42,992 bases of DNA from Vicugna vicugna (taxonomy: Eukaryota): NCBI GenBank assembly GCA_013265495.1, contig MU058669.1:310001-352992 (forward strand). Direction: 5' to 3'. Shown in pieces: positions 25,615 to 36,777 of the stretch; the first letter of the stretch is position 1, and each line of letters starts with the position of its first letter. Under the pieces are notes generated by a model. That model was not told the DNA's origin and made no database searches. It was given only the letters and a program-made list of their open reading frames with translations. A program made the translations under genes and the position numbers.

Positions 25615-26364
25615 CATTGGTTCTGAAACTTAACCTTTGCATCAGAATCACCTGGGGGGCTTGTTAAGTCACTGACTGCAGGACCCCTCCCGGGAGCTTT
25701 TGATTCAGTAGCCTTGGACGGGGATCTAGGAATCTGCCCTGAGGCGGGAAGCCCCATAAAAAGACCGGCAGGACCCCTAGGCAGGGCCGCTGCTCTCTTA
25801 GCACCGTCAGCACCGTCGGGTTCCCTGGTCCAGAGGCTCTATCTCACTTTCTGCTTCTAAAGCGGCTAACTTACACCTAGAATTCTATTGGTTCCCTGAG
25901 TTCACTTCTGATTGGTTATTTCCTTCACTCCTGATTGGTTACTACTCTCACTTCTGATTGGTCCACTTCCCTAACTTCTGATTGGCCCATTTGTAGTACT
26001 TCATTTGCATGGAGCTCACTCCTAATTGGTCTATTTCTACAAAGTTTATTCCTGGTTGGTCAACTTCTGTTGTACTTTATTTGCATATGATGTTGCAAAA
26101 ACTGGCAGCCTACAAAAGGCCTGTGTAAACCTACAACAGACGGGGTCCAGAGCTTAAAGTGTTAAGTTCTTTGGGCCCTCTGGGCCCAAACCTGAGTTGT
26201 CTTAACTCTCCAAGTGCTGCCTGGTCTCTCGCCTGGATCCAGGTTGCCGTCACAACTGAGCTGTAACACTGAGCTGTAACACATTTTTCCGCAACAGCAT
26301 GTCTAACAAGCTCTTAGGTAATGCTGCTGCCGCCGATCTGGGAACCACACTTTGGGAACCACTG
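25615..26364. mobile_element. MER5A (halves 25615-~25739 and 26297-26364) interrupted by an LTR
   Basis: cattggttctgaaact...gcatcagaatcacctgggg...tgattcagtag...aggaatctg and gcatgtctaacaagctc...ccacactttgggaaccactg. Confidence 0.85.
25740..26296 (+). mobile_element. Solo ERV1-like LTR with CCAAT array and octamer motifs
   Basis: TG...CA ends with imperfect terminal inverted repeat (tgaggcgggaa / tttccgcaaca); six ATTGG; two ATTTGCAT; TATA-like tacaaaa at 26111; CpGs retained. Confidence 0.85.
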
Positions 26365-26523
26365 GCTTAGAACAATGCCTGGCATACAGTAAGCACTTAT
26401 TAAGTGTGAGCTGTTATCATCTTTTCCTAGGTGCTACTTTGTAGTCCCTGAGCACAACACTTTATGCTCCAGTGCTACTCAGTACGGCCTTCATGTAGAT
26501 GCAACTTGGAAATCTTTTGCTTG

Positions 26524-26720
26524 CAGTGGTTTTCAAAGTGTGGACCCAAGATAAGCCCCGGGAGCAATCACATGGGAACTTACTTATAATGCGAGTTCTT
26601 GGGCCTCAACCTAGATCTATAAAATCAGAAATTATGGGGGTGAGGTTCAATAACCCATTTTCTAACTAACAGCCCTCCAAATGACTCTAATACACATCAA
26701 CTTTCAGACATACCACTCTA
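26524..26720. mobile_element. MER5-family hAT element
   Basis: cagtggttttcaaagtgtggacc...tgggaacttact...aatcagaaattatgggggtgagg. Confidence 0.75.
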
Positions 26721-26764
26721 CTAGAAAACCCCCATGACCACCACCATATCTCTATTGAAAATGG

Positions 26765-27010
26765 GAGGCAGGATGGCTTAAGATCCAGCGTATAGATTTT
26801 GGTTGAGTTGGAGCCCAGTAACTGGCTCAGCTTCTTAGTTGCTGTGTGGCCTTACTTGAGTTTTAACGCTTCTTTACGCCTCAGTTTCCTTATCTGTAAA
26901 AATGGGCATCACCCTCAAACCTACCTCACAGGAACCTGAGATGATGCAAACGAAGAGCTTGGCACATGCCACTTGTCACAGAAGGTCGGCTGCCACTGTT
27001 ACCTTTATAA
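26765..27010 (+). mobile_element. MIR SINE
   Basis: gctgtgtggcctt...gcctcagtttccttatctgtaaaaatggg...acctacctcacagg. Confidence 0.8.
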
Positions 27011-27482
27011 TCACTGTGATGTATCCTTTCTCAAAATGATTTAAGCTAGCTTATAAGAAAGGCATAGATATATAGGTACATAGGAGAGCTAAAATAAAAA
27101 TTAATAATAAAAAGAAAAATGTCACACACAGAAGGTGGAGAGGTTGAAGGGGAGGCATGGCTGAAACCATTACTGCAACTGTCTTGCCAAGTGAGGTCTG
27201 GACTCCTCTGTGGGCCAAAGCAAATAGCGGAAATACACAGGTCACGGTTCCCACTGCTTGGAAAGAAGGAGACCAGCTCTTCTGGGAAAATGATATTCTC
27301 TCTGCCACACCAGCTCTGAATTCTAGGAGAACCTGATCACACAAAGCTTTGCACAAAGGCCCTGGGTGACAGGAGGGACTCCCCTCCAGCAGCACTTTAT
27401 GTACCTGTTTCTTTAATTAATTCTCAACAAGAGCTAAGGGCAAAGTCCTTAGATCCCAGAAGATCAGAGATGTTACACTCAC

Positions 27483-27621
27483 TTTGGGTGCCGAATATCA
27501 GGCAGCGAGCGATTCAGGGAGATTTTATCGCTGACGTAAATGTTAAATCCATTTTCTCGGTACGCCTGATCCACTCTCTCAGCATCAGTCATGGGGTAGG
27601 GCTTCCCTTGTTCTCCATTTC
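27483..27621 (-). CDS. GALNT10: GALNT10 coding exon (probable exon 3), 139 bp
   Basis: Minus strand reads tttgttctttgctcctag|GAAATGGAGAACAA...CGGCACCCAAA|gtgagt and translates (G)[45 protein letters not shown](N), including the GalNAc-T FN...SD.ISL.R.LPD.R motif. Phase 1 in, phase 2 out. Confidence 0.97.
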
Positions 27622-28819
27622 CTAGGAGCAAAGAACAAAGTCAGTGTTGATGGAGTGGGGAAAGGAAGATGAAAAATATGGTTAAACCATGGAGATAAAA
27701 CTTGATACAGAATGTTCCTCCAGGTTTTGCAGGGAAAAGTACAAAGAGAGGAGGGGAAGGGGCATGGACTTAGCCGTGGCCATGTCATGCGATTCAGCCC
27801 TGGTCTCACGTCATCTCCACACACGCTGTCAGGTGGACATGCGAGTCCTCATACCACAGACAGATAAACTGGGACCCAGGAAAGTAATAAAACTCGGTCT
27901 CTGGGTTCCAAAGCCCACCCTTCCCCGAGTCTGCCAAGAACCCCAACCATGCCTGAGCCTCCAGTCTGATCACCTGGATGGGAAGGCAGGTCTCTTGCAT
28001 TTGAGCTGATCAACCTTGAGCCAGTAACACTACCTCTCTGAACTGCAGCTTGCTCCCATCTGGTACCCACACCATGCTGAGAAAGTCAAATGAGGGATTG
28101 TGTACATGAAAGCTTTTTGTAAATGATAAACCCTCTTAAGGATGTGAAGAAATATTATGACTCTTTGAGGCAAGGGCAAACTTTACAAGTCAATCAAAAT
28201 GGCCACAAATGATAAAGATGCTTTGATTTTTTTTTTCAGCCAGCAAACAAATTAAGATCTGCTTCGCTTAGGCCTGGGTTGTCTGAAAAGTGTTGCTTTG
28301 AATTATGGGTCTGGGTGGATCCAGGGCTAGCTTTCCTCTCTCTGCACAATCCCTCTGGGGAGAGAGTCCCTGAAGCTGCAGGAAATTATCCTCTGGGTTC
28401 CCAGGGTGCAGATGGTGAGGGGGTTGGCCACACCAACCCTGCAATAACAGCTCACGCATCAGCCATTGGCGAGGATCTGGAAGAAATGGTAATAAAATCA
28501 GCTGATTAAAAACCACCTCATCTTCTAGAGCTTGTGGCCTGAGCAACACCCCGTTGACTTTGCAAAGTAAATATTGACCACATCAGCTTGATGGGAAGGG
28601 GCAAGCTGAGAGGCAGAGCCCGGGGCTGTGTCTACTCCCACACGGCCAGACAGGGAGAGGACTCCGCCGCCTCTAACTTGCATTGCTCCGTGATAAGACA
28701 CTACTGGCCAGTGCCCAGCCCAGACTCAGCAAGGGATACAAATGCAGCAAGCAGAAAAAGAAGAGCAGAAGCATCTGCTTGGGCCACGAGGGGCGCTTCA
28801 GGAAGGCAGCACTGGGGAG

Positions 28820-29045
28820 TGATTCAGAGTTCAGGCCCGGAGCTAGGTGAGTGGAGTGCAAAGCCCCGCCCTGTTGCTCCCAGCAGTGTCGTATTGGGCG
28901 TACCTTTATCCTCCCTGCGTCTTGGGTTTTGCCCTTTGTATTCATTGGAATGAGAAGCTTCAGTGTGATGATTAAGGAGGGAACACCAGGCATGATGCTG
29001 GGCACACAGTTAGTGCTCAACACACGCTGGTTATTGTTATTCTTA
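28820..29045 (+). mobile_element. MIR SINE (diverged)
   Basis: gcatgatgctgggcacacagttagtgctcaa...ggttattgttatt, a MIR 3' end. Confidence 0.6.
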
Positions 29046-29614
29046 TTTTTTTTTCATGTTTAAAAACACTTTTTTTATTAAGGTATACTTGGCATACAAT
29101 ATTGTATTAGCTTCAGGTGTACAACATAATGGTTTGATATTTTTATACATTATGAAATAATCACGATACGTCTAGTTACCATTCATCACCATATAAAGCT
29201 GTTATCGACTATATTCCCCATGTGTACATCACATCCCCACAACACTTATTTTACAGCTGGAAGTTTGTACCTTTTAATCCTCTTCACCTATTTCATTCAT
29301 CTTCCCATCCTTTTCCCTTCTGGCAACCACTAGCTAGTTCTCTGTATCTTTGACTCTGTTTCTGTTCTGTTTTGTTTGTTCATTGGTTTTGTTTTGTTTT
29401 GTTTTCTTTAGATTCCACATATGAGTGAAATTGTACTGTATTTGTCTTTCTCTGTCCGACTTATTTCACTTAGCATAATGCCCTCAATGTTTATCCATCT
29501 TATCACAAATGGCAAGATTTTTTTAATGAGTAGTATTCCATTGTATATACATACCATGTCTTCTTTATCCATTCATCCATCAGTGGACACTTAGGTTGCT
29601 TCCATATCTTGGCT
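29046..29614 (-). mobile_element. 5'-truncated L1 3' end with perfect 18-bp TSD
   Basis: TGGTTATTGTTATTCTTA at 29028-29045 and 29615-29632; body ttagattccacatatgagtgaaatt...ttatttcacttagcataatgccctc. Confidence 0.93.
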
Positions 29615-29964
29615 TGGTTATTGTTATTCTTAATAAGGTCCCCATTGCATACTTTTTCTTGCTAGTTAGCCCAGAATTCTAATAATTCTGATATAACTGC
29701 CTGGAAAATCAGCCCTTTTCAAATGTTTCCTTTCTTAATTCAAGCAGCATCTCCCACCCCTTCATTTTAAATTGCTGGCATACAGAAAAATGCATGTCAC
29801 ATCTTTAGATTTCCCTGATCATCGGTTATTACATCAGCTCTATTTAGAGCCTTATTATAATCCAGTTTTGTCATAGGGTAATTTTTTTTTTTTCAAAAAA
29901 TCAATAGTAGTGGGTACTTTTAATTGAGATAAAACTCAATAAAATACCAATCCCTCCCATTTCC

Positions 29965-30165
29965 ATGGTGTTTCCAGTATTCTACAGCTACACTTTACTT
30001 GTCACCTTCACAACAACACCCTCAAGTTGTCAAAGTAAAGCAGAAGCCCTGCTGACAGATGGGGAAACTGAGGCCGCAAGAGGATGGAATTTATCTGATG
30101 GTCACATGGTGGGGAAGCGGTGTCAGAGCTGCTCCCCTGACTCCTAGCCAGGCTGTCTGGAGTGA
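29965..30165 (-). mobile_element. MIR SINE
   Basis: gacagatggggaaactgaggccgcaagagg...ggtcacatgg. Confidence 0.7.
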
Positions 30166-30314
30166 CTCTCCATAATTTCTGAACCACCCCACCACCTCTT
30201 ACCCACGCCCCAGTGTAACAGGAACTGTCCCAAAGGCTAATCAGCTGAAGAAACCTTCAGCTGAAGCCTATTAAATCCATTCAACCTTGTGGCTGCAGAG
30301 CTGGGTAGGGAGAA

Positions 30315-30522
30315 ATTCAGGTCTCCAGACCTAGGTTCAAATCCCAAGCCTGCCTCTCTCTTGCTGCATGGTTGTAGGCGAATTACCCCACCTCTCTGAG
30401 CTCCAGGTCCCTTCTTGTCAAATAAGCTACAAAGGAGGATGAGCAAAGAAAATGCACAAAGTGTGGACCATGGGCCTTGTTCATCGCAGCCATTCAATAA
30501 ATGTTGGCTCTTATTATTACTG
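30315..30522 (+). mobile_element. MIR SINE
   Basis: cagacctaggttcaaatccca...cctctctgagctcc...cattcaataaatgttggct. Confidence 0.75.
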
Positions 30523-30790
30523 CTCCTTATTTTAGGGGTAAAATATCTTTTAGGAGGGAGACATTTTCTATCACCATAAAGGTAGCAGGGCAAATTCTGG
30601 AAGGCAGTGGATCTGGGGATGTGAGTGGAGGAAGGGGTCAGCTAACAGGAGTTGAGGGGGATCCTGGGAACCAGGGGAAGGGATGATGGCAAAGGAGACA
30701 CAGTCAACAGGAGGCCCAGACATGCCCACTAAACACACAGACACACATACACACATGCAAACACTCTTCACAGGACCGTGCTTTGCATAC

Positions 30791-30893
30791 CTACGCGCTG
30801 AGCATCCCTTCTGATGGCTTCTTTGTCATGCCAGTCCTTCAGCTTCTGTCCATCTCCCAAGAAAAAGGTCTTCTTTGGCAGATTGTGTGAGCC
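30791..30893 (-). CDS. GALNT10: GALNT10 coding exon (probable exon 2, stem region), 103 bp
   Basis: Minus strand reads ...cctattttttttaag|GGCTCACACAATCTG...CAGCGCGTAG|gtatgc and translates GSHNLPKKTFFLGDGQKLKDWHDKEAIRRDAQRV(G), matching the recalled GALNT10 stem. Canonical AG/GT; phase 0 in, phase 1 out, compatible with the next exon. Confidence 0.95.
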
Positions 30894-31195
30894 CTTAAAA
30901 AAAATAGGCAAAAACTGTGAAAAAGAAGAAAAGAGGAAATAAGTTTTGCCTAACAGAGACCCAGAAATTACACCACCTCAGGGAGCTTTTGGTATTGATT
31001 GAACGTCTGCCATCATTTGTTCCTTTATTAATTCCCTCAGTGGAGCTTCATTAGTCCTGCCCTGTGCCAGCCAGGTTTGCGAGGGTCAGAAAGATGACGG
31101 GCATGCAGTGTCCACCCTCCTGGAACTCACAAACCAGCGGGAGAGAAAACAGATGGCCAGACGTTCCTTTCACGGAAAAGAGAAAGCGACAGGTG

Positions 31196-31516
31196 TGACG
31201 CTGTCCAGCAGAAAACATAACACGAGCCACCAATGTGAGTTGCGTATGGAGATTTACAACTTCTCGTATTCACATTAAAAAAAATTTTTTTTTAAAAGAG
31301 GTGAATTGAGTTTTGGTAATATATTTCATTAAGCTCCATATACTCCATTGAAAATACTATCATTTCAACATGCAGTGGAAAAGACTTGAGCTTTTTTTTT
31401 TGGTGCTAAGTCTTCAAAATCCAGTGTGTATTTTACACTTGGGTTCATCTCAATTCAGCTCCATTCCAAGGGCCCGACAGCCCCAGGTGACTAGTGGCTC
31501 TGTACTGGACAGGGCA
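31196..31516. mobile_element. MER33-like hAT-Charlie element
   Basis: gctgtccagcagaaaa...cacattaaaaaa...ctaagtcttcaaaatccagtgtgtattttacactt...ctagtggct..tactggacag. Confidence 0.8.
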
Positions 31517-33049
31517 GAGGAAGTGACCCCTGGGTGAGAGCACTGGAGGAAGTGCCACAGGACTTTGTTTCCACCAGGGAGAACTGGGGAAGGTTTTATG
31601 GATATGAGGGACTTTGGACTGGACTTCAGACAAGCCAAAATGAGAGGCAGGCCGAGCACACGGCTGGGGCATAGAGTTTCAGGTGTGGGTGGAGCGTGGC
31701 AGGGCTGGGCCCAAGGTGCACAGAGCAAGGAGGAGAAGTCAGGTCTAGGTCATCTCTGCAACCCCAAAGAGGAAGGGAAGAGTTGGCAAATGTGTGTGGA
31801 AGGTCTAAACAATCAATCACTCGGACAGCTGAAAGAAAACAGGAATATACAGCAGCGACAGGAGAGCAGTCCCCGGGGGGCTGGGCACTGAAGGCATTTA
31901 TTATGTGTTCCGGGACGTGAGCTCATCCTGGTGGGCCCATTAGGAAGCAGTTTCCCTAATTAAAGGAGGCTGCATTCCAGTGTCTGGGGTCATCAGAAGG
32001 TGCCAGATGCTTTCCTATGCCAAGAATCAAGTCTGAAGGCTTGGCCCCAGGGCTGAGTAAGACTTCCCAAGGTAACACTGCTCCACACAGCTGTTTAATT
32101 ATCTTCTGTGTTCACCTAAATGCGCAAAGCTTCCCACATCACCTTGCCCATTAAAAACCCCGCAGACCTGCTCTTGCCACTGTGGCATGCAGCACCCACT
32201 AGTCCTATTTCCTATATAATTAATTCCTGAGGCCCTGCACACGTGGCGGGCTGGACCATTAGTACTAACAAGAAGCCACTGGAATAAAATCAAACCCACG
32301 CCTGTTTATTAAGGCTCCGGCTGATCCCTGCGTTAGCAGATTTTCCACGATGGCTCAATATCCTTACAACAGCTCTGATGACAACCACAATCCTTGGCGT
32401 TTCCTCTCCTACAGACCTCTCTGAGTTGCAAGGAGAAAATTCTGAAAGTGGGCATGCCGGAATGTCGTGGTTGGAGAGGGAAGGAAAACTGCAAAAACAA
32501 AGGCCACGTGCCTGTGAACAGCTCTCAGGGTCTGAGAAATCAGAGGAGCTGCGCTGGAAGTTCCGTCAGCAGGTTGCAGCTGTGTTGAGCTACATTTCTG
32601 CAGGAGACCCCTCAGTGCTGCCGTGGGAAGCTGGAGGTTGTAAGAGCTTGACCTCCCCTTCAATCCACCCAGCAATGCATCTGTTTTGTATACAGGGGTT
32701 CCATGTGGGATTTCATTTTAAAAAGGACCTCTGCTAAAAACAAGCTGACAATCAAACCTCCAAACAAGTGAACACATATACTTAGAGGCTGAGCTGGGGC
32801 CACTTCCCCATTTCATGGACAGGAAAACTCAGTCTTGCAATGGGTCAGGGATCTGCCCAAGGTAAATACTCAACCTCTAAATGTCACGATTGATCGGTTA
32901 GGAGCTGTTTAGCTATCTTTCCTCCAGCCCTCCTTCCCAATTCCTTTTCCCTCTTCTGCTAACTAAAGACTGGGAACTTCTTTGATGACTTTAGGTCACT
33001 GGTGGAACTAAAGAGGTTCTGCAAACTGAGGCCACCTTAATGGAAGGCA

Positions 33050-33235
33050 CCAATCTAAAGTGTCCAAACTGTGAACGAGCACCACCCAGCCTAGCTGGGA
33101 ACTTGTTGGCAATGCTGATTCCTGGGCCCCACCCAAGAAGCAGCAGTGGAAACTCCAGGGGTGGGGCTCAGGATTTGAGTTTTAACAAGTCCTCTGAGAT
33201 GCTCTGATGCACACGCCAGTTTGAGAATTACTAGT
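33050..33235. mobile_element. MER5-family hAT element
   Basis: ctgggaacttgttggcaatgctgattcctgggccccaccc...ttttaacaagtcctc...agtttgagaattact. Confidence 0.75.
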
Positions 33236-33379
33236 CTAGAATGATGGAGGTCAAAATCCTGCCTGTTGTGTGCTGGTCAGGCCACATCTGGGCTCTTGTA
33301 CTCAAGCTGAGCAGATATTACTCATTAAAGGTCACATAAACTTTAGATGTGATCACAGTAAACACAATATCATGGATTT

Positions 33380-33660
33380 TTTTTAATATTGTGGCTTTTA
33401 AGGATTTTTTTTTAATTGCCAGCATGAAAAAATAAAGTTTTTTGTTTGTTTTAATCAAGATTTTTGGCTTCTCTTGAAAACTCAGAAGACATGTCAATGC
33501 TCTGACTGAGCTGGGCCAGCAACAGCAGCTGGCCTGCTAGACAGCACATGGCCCTCCAGTTTGTCACAGTCCCCATCATTCCTTAGTGCCTTTCACCTGG
33601 CTCTCATCTCTCATTTGTGTTACTTGCCTGGCCCCAGTGAGCTTGCAATGTGCATACAGA
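33380..33660. mobile_element. MER102-like hAT element
   Basis: tttggcttctcttgaaaactcagaaga...ctccagtttgtcacagtccccatcattcc...tacttgcctggcccc. Confidence 0.65.
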
Positions 33661-33957
33661 TACGTATTCCGGATGAAGAAGATTAGAAACTGTGTTGTAC
33701 AAGGGCTAGGAGATGAGAGACCATGGGGGACACAGGAGGATTTATGTTGTTCTGTGAGGTGCCGAGGCTAGAGTGAGTACCAAGGGCAGAAGTTACTGAA
33801 TGACTGAGAGGTTAGCTTAGATAGAGAAGAAATTCCAAAAGTTGGCTTGGTGTTAGGATGAAACAGCCACTTGGAAGAAAGCACTAGAGGAAACCAGGAA
33901 GAGGATGCTCGCCAGTTCTTCAGAATGTGAAGGAGGGGAGTCAATTGCTAGGTTAGG

Positions 33958-34118
33958 GCCAGCGCTTCTCAGATCATCATGCGGAGTACAAACATGTGAG
34001 GAGCTTGTTAAGCACAGATTCTGATATAGGAAGTCTGGAGCCTGAGAATCTGCTTTTCTAACAAGCTCCCACATGATGCCACTGACACTGATCCCCAAAG
34101 GACATTTGGAGTGGCAAG
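33958..34118. mobile_element. MER5A-like hAT element
   Basis: gagcttgttaagcacagatt...gagaatctgcttttctaacaagctcccacatgatgcc. Confidence 0.75.
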
Positions 34119-34499
34119 GGTTAGGCGATCTTTAAAAGGACATTTCAAGAGTCTAAGATTCCAGGAGGGACACTGTTTCCTCCATATGCTCATGAAATTC
34201 TTCCTGTGCTGCTGAGAATGGGGCACAGGAATGAATCCCACAGTTGTGACTGCAGAGAAGTGAACTCCCTTGAATCTCGTTCTCAGAATGAACAGTGAAT
34301 TGTTGAACTAACAGAGTAGAGAACTAAGGTTCCAAAATTCTAGGAATTTTTTTTCTGATGGCATCTACCACCTCGCTGCCTTTGCCTTAGTGATGTATGT
34401 CCCTCTGGAGTCATTTGCAGACATGGCCTGTTTTATGTGGTCTCATTAGTTCTTACCTCTTTCCTAGACGAAGAGGACTTCGGAGTCTGCTGACACAGG

Positions 34500-35900
34500 C
34501 CTTCTGCATGCCTGAGCATGTAGTTAGTAGGGGGTCTGCAAATATCCCACCTAAGCAGCTGCTCAGAAACAACTAGCCCACCCCTCTCCCATCTCATAGA
34601 TGGGGAACTGAGGTTCGAAGAGGCCAAGCTACCCAACCCAGGCCACATAAGCAGGCCAGAGGATGAAAGCCATGTTCTTGGACTCCCAGGCTGATTCTGA
34701 GTGGACAGAGTCCTCGCAGTGTGACCTTGGACAAGCTACAAGAGTCACTGGCATCCCGATTTTCCTACCTGCAAAATGGAGACAGCACTACCTGCCCCAA
34801 AGGTACTGTCAGATAAACCGAGAAACTCACAAACTGCACATCAGGAGCACTCTCAGAATTTATACAGAGAATGTGAGTACCAATTCCCTTAGGATTTTAC
34901 AAATATACTGTAAATTGACATCATCTCATCAAATCACTTTGATATAGGACTCAAGTTTTACTATAAAGGTTAAAAAGATTTCTAATAATAGGTCTGAGCT
35001 TTGGGTAAGAGAAAGAATTGGTTTCAATCCTAAAATCACAGAGCGTTCAGAGCCCAAAGGGCCTTTGGAATCCTATCCAGAAATTGCGGTCAGGAATCTC
35101 TGAGGTTCATCCATGGAAACCCCACAGATAGATCATTCAAACTATCCCCAATGTTTATCAAGACCTCCTCTGTGCCAGGCACTGTGCTAGGCACTGGGGG
35201 TACAGATGTGACAACACAGATCCCATGTAGGCACTAATGGGGTTGACAGCCAGATCAGTCCCTCTCATACGGTGGTTCTGGGCACACGGAACCCTCATTA
35301 GAGATATAAATTCCTGGGCTGTATCATTAAATCAAAGTACCTGGGCACAAGAGGCCAGGAAGATAGATTTTTAAACACATTTCCCATGTGATTTCGATTC
35401 ACAATAAAGGTGGAAAAGCACTTGTCAAAATCCAGCTGCCTCACTTACAGATATGAAATCTGAGGCTAACAGAGTAGAACAGACTTGCCCGAAATCCCAT
35501 AGTTTGCCAGCCCCAAGCATCAAACCAGATCTGGGTGTGTTCTCTCCCTGGGTTAGACTGTGAGCTCCTGGAAGGCAGAGGCATGTCTGTTTTGATTCAT
35601 CACTGTGCATTCCTCAGCCGATATCTGAGGTCCTCGGTAAACATCAGGTGAATGACTGAGTGAATGAGTATGCAACAGTGGGGCTGGAAGTCGAGTCTGA
35701 TGACTCAGAGCATTCTGATTCCAGAGTTGGAAAAACCTAGGTTTTACTTCCTGGGCAGGTGGACCCCAGTTTCCTTGACTGATAAACAGGGGAAAGTAAC
35801 TGACTAACCCGCAGGTCGTGGAGAGGATGAAATGAGCGAATCATCTCCATAGCGCATCCAGCTCAGCGTCTGGGACAAAGTGAGGCCCTCTTCAGTAAAG
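34500..35900. mobile_element. Cluster of short MIR, L2 and MER5 fragments
   Basis: MIR cores near 34600, 34720, 35445, 35770; L2 ends near 35150-35250 and 35550-35670; MER5-like 35270-35425. Confidence 0.65.
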
Positions 35901-36379
35901 CAGTACAAGTCATAATGTGCTATTTTTAGAGAAACTTTATGACCTGGTGTTTGTGATGGTCACGTTTGGGGGGAAAGGAGAGGGATGGAAATCTAATAAT
36001 AAAACTGGGCTCTGCAGTGGGAACCTATTTGACACCTGAGCCCATTTAACTGGCTATTGCTGATAACAGGATTTAGAGAGTTTCCTCATTAACAGGAGGT
36101 CATATGCCCATGTGGAAATTCACTGTCGTATGGGAAAGAAGAAAGTTCTTAGTTAATAGTGGCATTCTACAATAGGAACAATGCCACAGACCTTTTGCAA
36201 GAAGGAAAACATGGAACAATGCTTCTCAGAAGACAGCGATTCTTATGCAACAGCAATCACTTAATCTTATGCAAAGAGGCACATCTGGATTTTAATCCAG
36301 AGGTAATTTTAAGTTTCTTTGACAGGTCCCGGAATTGTCTATAAAGGCTGTGATTATTTTCCTTCAGCAACTATCTTTT

Positions 36380-36518
36380 TAAAATTTATTGTGTTTTTTT
36401 GGGGGGGGGTAATTAGGTTTATTTATTTACTTTGATGGAAGTACTAGGGATTGAACCCAGGACCTTACACACGCTAGGCATGTGCTCTACCACTTGAGCT
36501 GAATCCCCCCACTCCCTG
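36380..36518 (-). mobile_element. tRNA-Ala-derived SINE (vic-1-like), 14-bp TSD with 1 mismatch
   Basis: gggattgaacccaggacc...ctctaccacttgagct; agcaactatctttt (36366-36379) vs agcaaccatctttt (36519-36532). Confidence 0.9.
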
Positions 36519-36777
36519 AGCAACCATCTTTTGCTACTTGCCTTCCCCTCTGTTTCCAAATGTCCTTCTGCTACAGGAAGCACAAGGGTTGGGAAGGAGC
36601 ACAGGGCAAGGGAGGTGAGGGAGAGTTTGTGGAGGTGGCTGGCAGAATTAATGTGGAAATCACATTACACGATAAATTGGAAATGGATTTCGACTGGCTG
36701 CTCTAAATAACTGCTTCTGGTATCTGCATGCTTTTACTTAACATTTCACTGAAAGAATCGATTAGTGTTCAAACAGC

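Larger units (their letters stand above)
25400..26420 (+). mobile_element. MIR (halves ~25400-25614 and 26365-~26420) interrupted by MER5A
   Basis: tgtgcctcaactcctcatctggaaaacggtgataataaaaggacctacctcatagggt...cgtaaagt resumes as gcttagaacaatgcctggcatacagtaagcact. Confidence 0.8.
2490..27482 (-). other. GALNT10: GALNT10 intron (probable intron 3), 24,993 bp
   Basis: GT (gtgagt) at 27482 and AG at 2491-2490 on the minus strand; the flanking exons join in frame. Confidence 0.9.
27622..30790 (-). other. GALNT10: GALNT10 intron (probable intron 2), 3,169 bp
   Basis: gtatgc donor at 30790 and ctag acceptor at 27622; in-frame join G|GA. Confidence 0.9.

Noticed and set aside
25885..26030. CRISPR-like or iteron array
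   Set aside because: Eukaryotic context; degenerate 23-24 bp tandem units without unique spacers; lies in an LTR U3 region.
10812..35707. Scattered AP-1 heptamers (TGAGTCA/TGACTCA near 10812, 12753, 16529, 16753, 35701)
   Set aside because: The number seen is about chance level, and several lie in old repeats.
36699..36712. MEF2 site (gctctaaataactg)
   Set aside because: Does not fit YTA(A/T)4TAR spacing.
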